Below are positions 20,491 to 28,560 of a DNA stretch of 64,000 bases, piece by piece; the stretch's first letter is position 1; the number at the start of each line of letters is the position of its first letter. Source of the DNA: Chloroflexota bacterium. Lineage in GTDB: Bacteria; Chloroflexota; Dehalococcoidia; Lucifugimonadales; UBA3495. Under the pieces are notes generated by a model. It had not been told where the DNA came from. It did no database searches and saw nothing but the letters and a program-made list of their open reading frames with translations. Location of the stretch: contig VXOI01000062.1 of assembly GCA_009840175.1 (NCBI GenBank), positions 4,727 through 68,726 on the forward strand, in the 5' to 3' direction. The translations under genes and the position numbers were made by a program.

Positions 20491-20519
20491 AGTATAGATT
20501 TGCAAATATAGCTTGTCAA
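20491..20519 (-). promoter_or_regulatory. sigma70-like promoter for the peptide ABC operon
   Basis: On the minus strand: TTGACA (20519..20514), a 17-nt spacer, then TATACT (20496..20491), within an AT-rich intergenic region. Confidence 0.5.
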
Positions 20520-20681
20520 TTACTAATGCTCAACCGATATGGCTCAATGCGTGTAGAGACCCAACCGGGAAGTCTGTCCCGGGGCGCTGAGTTGTGCAGT
20601 CCGATGCCAACGGATTCCCTGCTTGAAGATGTAGTACAATGGCCGAGAACAGTGCAGAGCGCTAATTCTCGGAGCATGAAT

Positions 20682-21629
20682 ATGGCTACCAAAGCAGATT
20701 TGGAAGCATTTGTGAGCTCGGTCACGTGCCCTGATGATTTCGACGATTTCTGGAGCAGTACGCTGGCCGGCCTGGCGGAGTTGCCGCTGGAGCCAGCAGT
20801 CACGCCGGACCCGCTGCGCAGTAACGACGACGTCAAGGTCTATCAGGCCACTTACCGGAGCCTGGACGGACTGGACATCTTCGGCTGGTACAGCGTGCCC
20901 GCGGTGGGCGACGGCCCGTTCCCCGCAATCCTGGTGCTGCCCGGCTACAAGTCGGAGCCTGCTCTGCGCCGTGACTGGGGGCGAAAGGGCGTGGCGGTCC
21001 TGTCAGTGGCCGTGCGGGGCAAGCTGCCCAGCAGCTCCGGGTTCAACCCCGGCTATCCGGGCTTGCTTACCAGCGGCATCGAGAGCAGGGAGACCTACGG
21101 ATATCGGGGCGTGATTTCCGATTGTTCGCGGGGACTGGACTTTCTGTTGTCAAGGCCGGAAATTGACCCGGAACGCATCTACGCCAGCGGCAGCAGCCAG
21201 GGGGGAGGGCTTACCCTGATAACCGCCGGACTGCGCCCGGAAATTAAGGGAGGGGTTTCCGGCTATCCCTTCTTGTGCTGCTTCCCCGAGTCCATGCGGA
21301 TGTTGCGCTCGTACCCCTACGACGAACTCAGTTGTTACAGCCGCGCACATCCCGACCGAACCGGACAAATGCTGGAAACACTGCGTTACTTCGATGCCGT
21401 CAACTTCGCGCCACGTATCAAGTGCCCGATGGTGGTTGGCATCGCGCTGGAAGACGAGGTCTGTCCGCCGGAGACCAGTTATATCGCCTATGACCGGCTG
21501 GGCGGCGAGCGGGAGTTGTGGCTCTTCCCTGAGTCCGGGCACGGCAACGCCCACGATTACCCCAGGCAGGAATCCGCCTGGCTTGAGCAACGAATAGCGG
21601 CTTCGCAGCCCCAGGCGGTAGCGTCATGA
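20682..21629 (+). CDS. acetylxylan esterase / cephalosporin-C deacetylase family (CE7, AXE1) hydrolase
   Basis: It has the nucleophile elbow ..GSSQGGG.., plus ..EDEVCPP.. and ..ESGHG.. as triad candidates. The ATG at 20682 has a GGAG 7 nt upstream; an alternative ATG is at 20676. Confidence 0.8.
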   Translation: MATKADLEAFVSSVTCPDDFDDFWSSTLAGLAELPLEPAVTPDPLRSNDDVKVYQATYRSLDGLDIFGWYSVPAVGDGPFPAILVLPGYKSEPALRRDWGRKGVAVLSVAVRGKLPSSSGFNPGYPGLLTSGIESRETYGYRGVISDCSRGLDFLLSRPEIDPERIYASGSSQGGGLTLITAGLRPEIKGGVSGYPFLCCFPESMRMLRSYPYDELSCYSRAHPDRTGQMLETLRYFDAVNFAPRIKCPMVVGIALEDEVCPPETSYIAYDRLGGERELWLFPESGHGNAHDYPRQESAWLEQRIAASQPQAVAS

Positions 21630-22501
21630 CACCGTCCGATTTCTGGGAAATGACCGAAGCGCAATTGGCCGAAACACCCCTGGGCATATCGGTCAGCCGC
21701 GACGACTTCTACTCCCAGCCGGAATGGGATGTCTACCGCCTGAATTACAACACCACGGGCGGTCACCGTCTGTTCGCCTGGCTTTCGGTGCCGAAGGAAG
21801 GCGACGGCCCCTTCCCGGCGCTGCTGCGGATGCCCGACTACGCCAGCGTTCACGACATAATCTACACACCTCTCCGGCATCGCGCCGTTGTGATGAACGC
21901 TACCCACCGGAGCCAGCGGAACAGCGATGCGGCGTATCGGGCCAGTTATCCCGGACTGCTGACCGATGGTCTAGGCGATGGCGAGTCCTGGGTGATGCTC
22001 GGCGCATACGCCGACGCCCTGCGGGGGCTGGACGCGCTGCTACGCCAGGACGTGGCGGAAATCGGCCCGGTCGCCCTGTGGGGTGCGGGATTGGGTGCCA
22101 GCCTGGCCTTGTCGTTGGCATCTCGCCGCCCACGAATTGCCGCCGTGGCAGCCGACACTCCCATGCCGCTGGGCCACCCTTCGGCGGTAGATCCCGCTCT
22201 GGGCTATCCGCTGGGCGAAATCGGCGATTACCTGCGAGCGCACCCCAATCGTCGCGCCGACGTGGAACGGACTCTGGGTTTGCTGGATCCACTGGGGGAC
22301 GCCTCCTGCGTGTCCGCTCCGGTGCTGTTGAGCGCCGGCCGCTTTGACCGGGGAACCTGCCCGCTGGCCTTCGCCGAGGAACTGGCCCAAGCCCTGCCCG
22401 ACTGCGACCTGCGGCTGTACGACGGCGCTGCTGAGGGAGGCGGACACATCCACGCCGTAGCCCGTGTGGCCTGGCTGGAGGAAAAGCTGGGAGTAGCCTG
22501 A
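21626..22501 (+). CDS. AXE1/CE7-like alpha/beta-fold paralog lacking the nucleophile serine
   Basis: Same family architecture as the upstream gene, but the elbow reads ..WGAGLGASL.. (Gly where Ser is expected). The Asp and His candidates are retained. An ATGA start/stop overlap links it to the upstream gene. Confidence 0.7.
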   Translation: MTPSDFWEMTEAQLAETPLGISVSRDDFYSQPEWDVYRLNYNTTGGHRLFAWLSVPKEGDGPFPALLRMPDYASVHDIIYTPLRHRAVVMNATHRSQRNSDAAYRASYPGLLTDGLGDGESWVMLGAYADALRGLDALLRQDVAEIGPVALWGAGLGASLALSLASRRPRIAAVAADTPMPLGHPSAVDPALGYPLGEIGDYLRAHPNRRADVERTLGLLDPLGDASCVSAPVLLSAGRFDRGTCPLAFAEELAQALPDCDLRLYDGAAEGGGHIHAVARVAWLEEKLGVA

Positions 22502-22581
22502 ACTGGAATTTGACGGATTTCGGGATTTTCTGAATGAATCCCTATCCTGCTAATCCTTGCATCATAAGAATCATAGTTCAG
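22498..22581. repeat. about 84-nt element bounded by CTGAACT..AGTTCAG inverted termini (copy B)
   Basis: It starts on the stop codon of the esterase paralog (cCTGAACT) and shares internal blocks with the copy at 9094..9167. Confidence 0.55.
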
Positions 22582-22634
22582 ACGATTGTTATAATGGTCT
22601 TGTGTTAATTCGCTATCAGGAGACAAAGATACCC

Positions 22635-23733
22635 ATGGACCAGTTGAGACAAGACCTTGCCTACCTTTCCGAAAAGATCTCGACCGTGGTGGAGCGTCTT
22701 TGACCTCCCAGTCAAGGAAGCAACGGTCGCGGAGCTGGAGCGGGAATCCGCTGAACCGGATTTCTGGAGCGACCACCAGCAGGCCCAGCGCAAGATGCAG
22801 CAAATGGGCAGGCTGCGAGACACGTTGTCTTTGTGGCGCGAGTTTGAATCGCGCTGCCGAGACTTAATTGAACTGACCGACCTCGCTATCGAGGAAAACG
22901 AACTGTCCATTCAGGAAGAGTTGGAGACTGGGGCCGCTGAGTTGGGCCTGGAGCTGGCGCGGGAGGAGATTAAACTCACACTGTCGGGTCCTTACGATGA
23001 GCGGTCTGCCATCGTCACCATCCACTCCGGGGCCGGAGGCACGGACTCGCAGGATTGGGCCGAAATGCTGCTGCGGATGTATGCGGGATGGGCCGAGTCC
23101 GGGAAGCGTCCAATGGAGGTGATGGACCTCTCTTATGGAGACGAGGCCGGACTGCGCAGCGGAACGCTGGAAGTGGGCGGCAGCCATGCTTTCGGCTACC
23201 TGAGCGCCGAGCAGGGCGTGCATCGGCTTGTCCGGCTGTCGCCATACGACCCCAACAACCTGCGGCACACTTCCTTCGCCAACGTGGAAATTATCCCGGC
23301 GGTTGAAAGCGAGTCGGACGTGGATATCCGCGCCGAAGACGTGAAGATGGACACCTTCCGGTCCAGTGGCCCAGGCGGCCAGAACGTGCAGAAGGTGGCC
23401 TCAGCCGTCCGCCTTACCCACCTGCCCACGGGCATCGTGGTGTCCTGCCAGACCGAGCGCTCGCAGCACCAGAACCGCGAGTACGCCATGCGGATACTGC
23501 GGGCCAGGCTTCTGAAGCGCCAGGACGACGAGCGAGCCGAAGAGCTGGCCCGCATACGGGGAGAGCGAAGCAACCCGGAGTGGGGCCACCAAATCCGCAG
23601 CTACGTCCTGCACCCCTACAAGTCGGTCAAGGACCACCGCACAAACCTGCAAAGCACCAACCCGGAAGGTGTGCTGGAAGGCGGGATAGACCCGTTCATT
23701 GAGGCATACCTGATGCAGAAGCTGGGGAGCTGA
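22635..23733 (+). CDS. prfB: peptide chain release factor 2, expressed through a programmed +1 frameshift (frame 0 22635..22700, then frame +1 22702..23733)
   Basis: Frame 0 gives MDQLRQDLAYLSEKISTVVERL and then CTT TGA C. The +1 frame continues DLPVKEATVAELE.. through the GGQ motif (SSGPGGQNVQK). Confidence 0.9.
22691..22704 (+). promoter_or_regulatory. prfB autoregulatory +1 frameshift site
   Basis: ggagcgtCTTTGAc has an internal SD-like GGAG 3 nt before the slippery CTT, followed by an in-frame TGA and then C. Confidence 0.85.
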
Positions 23734-23766
23734 AGGATTCAATAGAAGGTGCACGGGGAGGGCCAA

Positions 23767-23812
23767 GGATAAAGGAACGGGACAGTCGGCCGACTGTCCC
23801 GTTCCTTTATCC
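23767..23812. terminator. 46-nt perfect palindrome, probably a bidirectional terminator between prfB and ribBA
   Basis: ggataaaggaacgggacagtcgg / ccgactgtcccgttcctttatcc, 23 nt + 23 nt (the central tcggccga would form the loop), between convergent genes. Confidence 0.6.
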
Positions 23813-23843
23813 CGTCAGGAGGAAAGTTGCCTGCGTACTGTGC

Positions 23844-25049
23844 CTAGCAGTTCCCCAGCAGGTGCCCCATCCGCAGTTTCTTGGTGATCAGGTAATTGCG
23901 GTTTTCGTCGGTAACCGATGCCTCTAAGGGAACACGGTCCTGGATTTCCAGGCCGAAGCCAGAGAGGCCGACCATCTTGCTGGGGTTGTTGGTGAGCAGA
24001 CGCAGCCTGGAAACGCCGAGGTCGAGGAGGATCTGGGCACCGGCTTCGTAATGCCGCATATCGGCGTCGAATCCGAGGGTCTTGTTGGCCTCGACGGTAT
24101 CCAGTCCGTTGTCCTGGAGTGAGTACGCCTTGATTTTGTTGTGCAGCCCGATACCGCGACCTTCCTGCCTCATATAAAGCAAGACGCCGGCGCCTTCCTT
24201 AGCCAATTCTTTCATGGCCAGCCCCAGTTGCTCACCGCAGTCGCAACGCAGACTGCCAAATACGTCCCCGGTAAGGCACTCGCTGTGGATACGCACCAGC
24301 ACCGGGTCGCCCGGCTCCCACTCTCCGGTAGTCAGGGCGATATGTTCGCCCTGGTCGAAGTAGCTGCGGTAGCCGATGGCCCGGAACTGGCCGTAGCGCG
24401 TGGGCAGCCGGGTTTCGGCTACGCGCTCGATCAGCCGTTCGCTGTGGCGGCGGTGGGCGATGATCTGGGCGATGCTGAGGATTTTCAGGCCGTGGGTGTC
24501 GGCGAACTGCTCCAACTGGGGCAGTCGGGACATGGTGCCGTCGTCGTCCATCATCTCGCAGACGATTCCGGCGGGGTACAAGCCAGCCAAGTTGCAGAGG
24601 TCAACGATGGCCTCGGTATGGCCTGGTCGCGCCAGCACGCCGCCGGGATGGTAGCGCAACGGGAACATGTGGCCGGGACGGGTGAAGTCGCCGGGGCTCG
24701 ATTCGGGGTCGAGCATAGCCTTGACCGTGGCGGCGCGGTCATAGGCGGAAATGCCGGTTGTCGTGCCCCGATTGTAGTCCACGGACACAGTGAAGGCGGT
24801 CTGGTCTTTCCTGCCGGCGTTCTGGCTGATCATCAGCGGCATCTGGAGTTCGTCCAGCCGCTCGCCAATGGTCGGCATACAGAGGAGGCCCTTGCCGTAC
24901 TTCACTATGAAGTTGATTGCTTCCGGCGTCACCTTCTCGGCGGCCATCACGAGGTCGCCCTCGTTCTCCCTGCTCTCGTCGTCCACAACAATGAGCATTT
25001 TGCCAGCCTTAAGGTCTTCCAAAGCCTCTTCAAGACTGCACAGGGGCAT
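23844..25049 (-). CDS. ribBA: bifunctional 3,4-dihydroxy-2-butanone-4-phosphate synthase / GTP cyclohydrolase II
   Basis: 401 aa. ..VVDDESRENEGDLV.. is the RibB part and ..VRIHSECLTGDVFGSLRCDCG.. is the RibA part. Confidence 0.9.
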   Translation of the reverse strand: MPLCSLEEALEDLKAGKMLIVVDDESRENEGDLVMAAEKVTPEAINFIVKYGKGLLCMPTIGERLDELQMPLMISQNAGRKDQTAFTVSVDYNRGTTTGISAYDRAATVKAMLDPESSPGDFTRPGHMFPLRYHPGGVLARPGHTEAIVDLCNLAGLYPAGIVCEMMDDDGTMSRLPQLEQFADTHGLKILSIAQIIAHRRHSERLIERVAETRLPTRYGQFRAIGYRSYFDQGEHIALTTGEWEPGDPVLVRIHSECLTGDVFGSLRCDCGEQLGLAMKELAKEGAGVLLYMRQEGRGIGLHNKIKAYSLQDNGLDTVEANKTLGFDADMRHYEAGAQILLDLGVSRLRLLTNNPSKMVGLSGFGLEIQDRVPLEASVTDENRNYLITKKLRMGHLLGNC

Positions 25050-25090
25050 AACTCAATCCTTCGTGTGCGCTCGGTTGCCGCAACCCACCC

Positions 25091-25666
25091 TTAGCGTTTG
25101 AGCAGGTTTTCCACGTACTTCGCCAGAATATCCGCCTCCAAATTCACCCTAGCACCCACTGATAGTGTCTCAAGATTAGTATTACGTAGCGTATATGGTA
25201 TCACAGCCAGCGTGAAGGAGGAAGTAGCTACTTTTACCACGGTCAAACTTATGCCGTCAACCGCGATAAACCCCTTCTCTACGATATACGGCATGAGCCT
25301 CGCGGGGGTCCTGACGCGGAAGATTATGGAGTCCCCTTCTTCTTTGGTTGACGTAATGCGTCCCGTTCCGTCCACGTGGCCTTGTACTATGTGGCCGCCC
25401 ATCCGGTCGCTGGCCGACAGGGCGCGCTCCAAGTTCACCGAGCCGCCAGCCGACAAGTCCCCCAGCGAGGTCCTGCGCATGGTCTCCGGGGACAGGTCTA
25501 CGGAAAACTCGGAGCCGGACAGAGACACCGCGGTAAGGCAAGCGCCGTTAACGGCGATACTGTCACCGAGCTTCAGGTCGGACATCACCTTTTCTGCCCG
25601 AACAGTCATGCCATTGTCGCTTATATTGACCACCGAGCCGACTTCCTCGACGATTCCGGTGAACAT
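25091..25666 (-). CDS. ribE: riboflavin synthase (alpha chain)
   Basis: It has the MFTGIVEEVG.. N-terminus and two lumazine-binding repeats. The ATG at 25666 has a GAAGGAG 6 nt upstream. Confidence 0.9.
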   Translation of the reverse strand: MFTGIVEEVGSVVNISDNGMTVRAEKVMSDLKLGDSIAVNGACLTAVSLSGSEFSVDLSPETMRRTSLGDLSAGGSVNLERALSASDRMGGHIVQGHVDGTGRITSTKEEGDSIIFRVRTPARLMPYIVEKGFIAVDGISLTVVKVATSSFTLAVIPYTLRNTNLETLSVGARVNLEADILAKYVENLLKR

Positions 25667-25702
25667 TGGCTGCTCCTTCAAGTTACTTGGACTCCGGGAT
25701 TT

Positions 25703-25780
25703 TCACCCTTACCCCCGCTTTCAAGAGGGGAGGCTCCAACCCCTTCCCTCCCTTCGGCAAGCTCAGGGCGAGCGGGGGTT
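25703..25780. repeat. composite hairpin repeat between ribD and ribE; contains the 20-mer also found inside the NUDIX gene
   Basis: ACCCCCGCT..AGCGGGGGT is a long-range inverted repeat. It contains cccttcggcaagctcagggc (25750..25769), identical to 39990..40009. It supplies the last codons and the stop of ribD. Confidence 0.55.
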
Positions 25781-26896
25781 TTGAGGGTAGCCGGTAATCA
25801 ACCAGTCTGGCCCAATCTGCCGGATGGAGGTTCGCTCAAGGCGCAGTGCCTGGGCCATCAGCTTCGCCCCTGCCCCCTCCACCGGGGAAGCGGCCTCGAC
25901 CCCGCCGATGATGACCGGCGCGACGAAAGCCTGCACCTTGTCCACCAGCCTGTCGTCGAAAAGGGACCCGAGAGTCAGGCCCCCGCCTTCCACCAACAGG
26001 TTGACTACCCCGCGACGTCCCAGGTCCGCCAATACTTCCTCCGGGCAGACTTGGCCGACAGCAGTGGCGCCCATCGTGAGCACCTCGGCCCCGGTCTCTT
26101 CCAGCCCCCGGACGTTACTGGAGGGCGCCGCAGCGGTGGTGTATACCAGCGTTTGCCCCGGCTGGTGGAGCAACTGCGACTGTGCCGGCATCCTGCAATG
26201 GCTGTCCAGCGCCACGCGGAGGGGCTGGCGGTCCAGCGGACGGCCAGCGCTGTCGCGAGCGGTAAGTGCGGGGTCGTCTGCCAGGACGGTTTTGATTCCC
26301 ACCATCACGGCGTCGGTCTCGCGGCGCATCTGCTGCACCAATTCCCGGGCGTCGGTACCGGTGACCCATTTGGAGTCGCCGGTTCGGGTGGCGATTTTGC
26401 CATCGAGGCTCATGGCGAACTTGACTGTAACGAAGGGCAGCCCGGTGCTGATGTGCTTGGCGAACCCCTCGTACAGTTCGCGGGCCTCCTCCCGGTCCGG
26501 GCAGTCATCCGGCAACATGGACACCGGGATGCCTGCTTCGCGCAACTCCGTGACGCCCTGGCCTGCCACCGCGGGATTGGGGTCGGTGACAGCAACTACA
26601 ACCTCTGAAACGCCCGCCTCGATGAGGGCACGGGTACATGGAGGAGTGCGTCCCCAGTGGCAGCACGGCTCCAGGGTAACGTAGAGGGTTGTGCCACGGG
26701 CTTCCTGTCCCGCCTGATTGAGAGCGACCACCTCGGCATGGGACTGGCCCGGCGGCTGAGTCGCTCCCCGGCCTACGATAACCCCCTCCCTGACCAGGAT
26801 TGCGCCGACAGCAGGGTTGGGGCTGGTGCTTCCCAGCGCTTGCCTTGCCAGGTCAATGGCCTGGCCCATGAAGGGCATCTGGCGGCTGTCAACCAT
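25763..26896 (-). CDS. ribD: bifunctional diaminohydroxyphosphoribosylaminopyrimidine deaminase / 5-amino-6-(5-phosphoribosylamino)uracil reductase
   Basis: Deaminase zinc motifs ..HAEVVAL.. and ..TLEPCCHWGRTPPC.., with a reductase C-terminal domain. Confidence 0.9.
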   Translation of the reverse strand: MVDSRQMPFMGQAIDLARQALGSTSPNPAVGAILVREGVIVGRGATQPPGQSHAEVVALNQAGQEARGTTLYVTLEPCCHWGRTPPCTRALIEAGVSEVVVAVTDPNPAVAGQGVTELREAGIPVSMLPDDCPDREEARELYEGFAKHISTGLPFVTVKFAMSLDGKIATRTGDSKWVTGTDARELVQQMRRETDAVMVGIKTVLADDPALTARDSAGRPLDRQPLRVALDSHCRMPAQSQLLHQPGQTLVYTTAAAPSSNVRGLEETGAEVLTMGATAVGQVCPEEVLADLGRRGVVNLLVEGGGLTLGSLFDDRLVDKVQAFVAPVIIGGVEAASPVEGAGAKLMAQALRLERTSIRQIGPDWLITGYPQNPRSP

Positions 26897-26905
26897 CCCC
26901 TTGCC

Positions 26906-27505
26906 CTAACCCTCCCCCAATGGGAGAGGGAGCGTTTGAGGGCCGGGAAACTCCTGGGAGAAGCGGCTGGCCGTCGGTTCGGTCTGTCCCTGGTACTTGC
27001 TGCCCAGCCCGTCCGAGCCGTAGAGGCGGTCGGCGGGGGTGGTCAGACGCAGGTATGAAATCTGACCGATTTTCATGCCGTAGTAGAGAGTGATGGGCAG
27101 GCGAGCCAGGTTGCTCAGTTCCAGTGTCAGGTGTCCCTTCCAGCCGGGATCCACAAAACCTGCCGTTGAGTGAATCACCAGCCCGATGCGGCCCAGGCTG
27201 CTCTTGCCCTCCAGCCGCGCCACCAAGTCGTCGGGAAGCTCAATGTGTTCCAGGGTGCTGCCCAGCACAAACTCTCCGGGATGTAGGATGAAGGGCGTTT
27301 CGTCGTCAATCTCGATAATCTCGGTCAGGTCGTCCAGTCCCTTCTTTACGTCTATATGAGGACGGCGGGAGTGGGTGAATACCAGCAGCTTGCGGTCGAG
27401 GCGCAGGTCAACGCTGGCGGGCTGGATGTCGTCCTGGCTCAGGGGGTCAATGACGATGCGGCCCTTTGCCAGTTCCTCCTTAATCGTCCTGTCGCTCAGT
27501 ACCAT
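26906..27505 (-). CDS. dcd: dCTP deaminase
   Basis: MVLSDRTIKEELAKGRIVIDP.. and ..SSLGRIGL..HSTAGFVDPGW.. are typical of Dcd. The last codons (..PLPLGEG) come from a PSP/GEG-type repeat. Confidence 0.88.
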   Translation of the reverse strand: MVLSDRTIKEELAKGRIVIDPLSQDDIQPASVDLRLDRKLLVFTHSRRPHIDVKKGLDDLTEIIEIDDETPFILHPGEFVLGSTLEHIELPDDLVARLEGKSSLGRIGLVIHSTAGFVDPGWKGHLTLELSNLARLPITLYYGMKIGQISYLRLTTPADRLYGSDGLGSKYQGQTEPTASRFSQEFPGPQTLPLPLGEG

Positions 27506-27547
27506 AAGGCAGTTTTGCCTGTCTCCCAGCCCCGAGAAGTTGCGCGA

Positions 27548-27576
27548 ATTCTAGCAACGGGGCACCCTGACCGCAA
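27548..27576 (-). promoter_or_regulatory. candidate promoter of the dcd-rib operon (extended -10)
   Basis: On the minus strand: TTGCGG, a 17-nt spacer, then TAGAAT preceded by TGc (TGCTAGAAT). The same nonamer occurs upstream of selA. Confidence 0.4.
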
Positions 27577-27623
27577 GCAGCAGAAGTATCCGGCTGCCTG
27601 CCGGGCGATTCCTCCTGTCTTCT

Positions 27624-28520
27624 CTAATCCGATTCTTCGGCAATCAGGAAAACTCCCTGGACTGTGACGGAAATGTCCATTTCGCCTGGCGAAATCGAGG
27701 TCTCGAAGGAATCCGCCATGGCGAAAGCGGCCTCCACCCGCCCGTATAGCGGCTGGGGCGGACTGTAGGCCCCACCCTCGTTGAGGTAGACCAGGCGCCC
27801 CAACTTTACCTCGGAAAGCTCGGCCAGCATTGTTGCCTTCCGTTTCATATCCGCCACGGCGTCTGCCCTGGCCTCGTCCCGTAGGGGCTGAGGGTCTTCG
27901 ATATTGAAACTGATGCCGTTGATTCGCACTAGATTACCGGCGGCTTCCGTCACCTGATCAATTATGGCTCCCACATCGTCCTGGTTGCGAATCTTTACCG
28001 TTGCCTGGTTGGAGACCGAGTACCCTGTGAGACGGCTTTCCCATATCGTGTAGCAGGTTTTCTCCGTAGTTCCCGCTTGCTCTCCCTCGCTCCCTTCGCC
28101 GTTATCGTCGCATCGTTCTATCTCCACTGACTGATAACGCGGGTTGATGTTGAAGTGGCGGGTCTGGATGTCGGCGTCGGCGATACCGGCCCGCGTGAGC
28201 GCATTCATGACGCTCTGCATGGCGCGGGCGGCATTGGCCCGGGCCGCCGCGGCCGTTTCCTCCACCGACTCGACACCCATGGAGACTACCGCAATGTCAG
28301 GGGCGCCGCTGGCTTTGCCGTTGCCCGTCACCCAGATGCCGGAAGGCCCGTTGTAGGACACGCCGGAGTCGGTGTCGGAACCAGATGCGTCCATCTCTTC
28401 CGTATCGGAGTTCTCGCCCTGCGCGCCGGCCAGAGTTACCCACCCGAAGGCAAATAGCCCCGCCAGCGCCAGGGTCGCCAGCAACAGGTAAATTCCGTTG
28501 CGTCCGCTTAACAGAGTCAT
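27624..28520 (-). CDS. SIMPL (DUF541) domain periplasmic/secreted protein
   Basis: It has an N-terminal TM/signal segment and a C-terminal ..SISPGEMDISVTVQGVF.. typical of SIMPL/BP26-like proteins. Confidence 0.7.
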   Translation of the reverse strand: MTLLSGRNGIYLLLATLALAGLFAFGWVTLAGAQGENSDTEEMDASGSDTDSGVSYNGPSGIWVTGNGKASGAPDIAVVSMGVESVEETAAAARANAARAMQSVMNALTRAGIADADIQTRHFNINPRYQSVEIERCDDNGEGSEGEQAGTTEKTCYTIWESRLTGYSVSNQATVKIRNQDDVGAIIDQVTEAAGNLVRINGISFNIEDPQPLRDEARADAVADMKRKATMLAELSEVKLGRLVYLNEGGAYSPPQPLYGRVEAAFAMADSFETSISPGEMDISVTVQGVFLIAEESD

Positions 28521-28560
28521 TGGACTCTCCTGAATGTGTCGTATCCTGGGCAGGCAGTTC

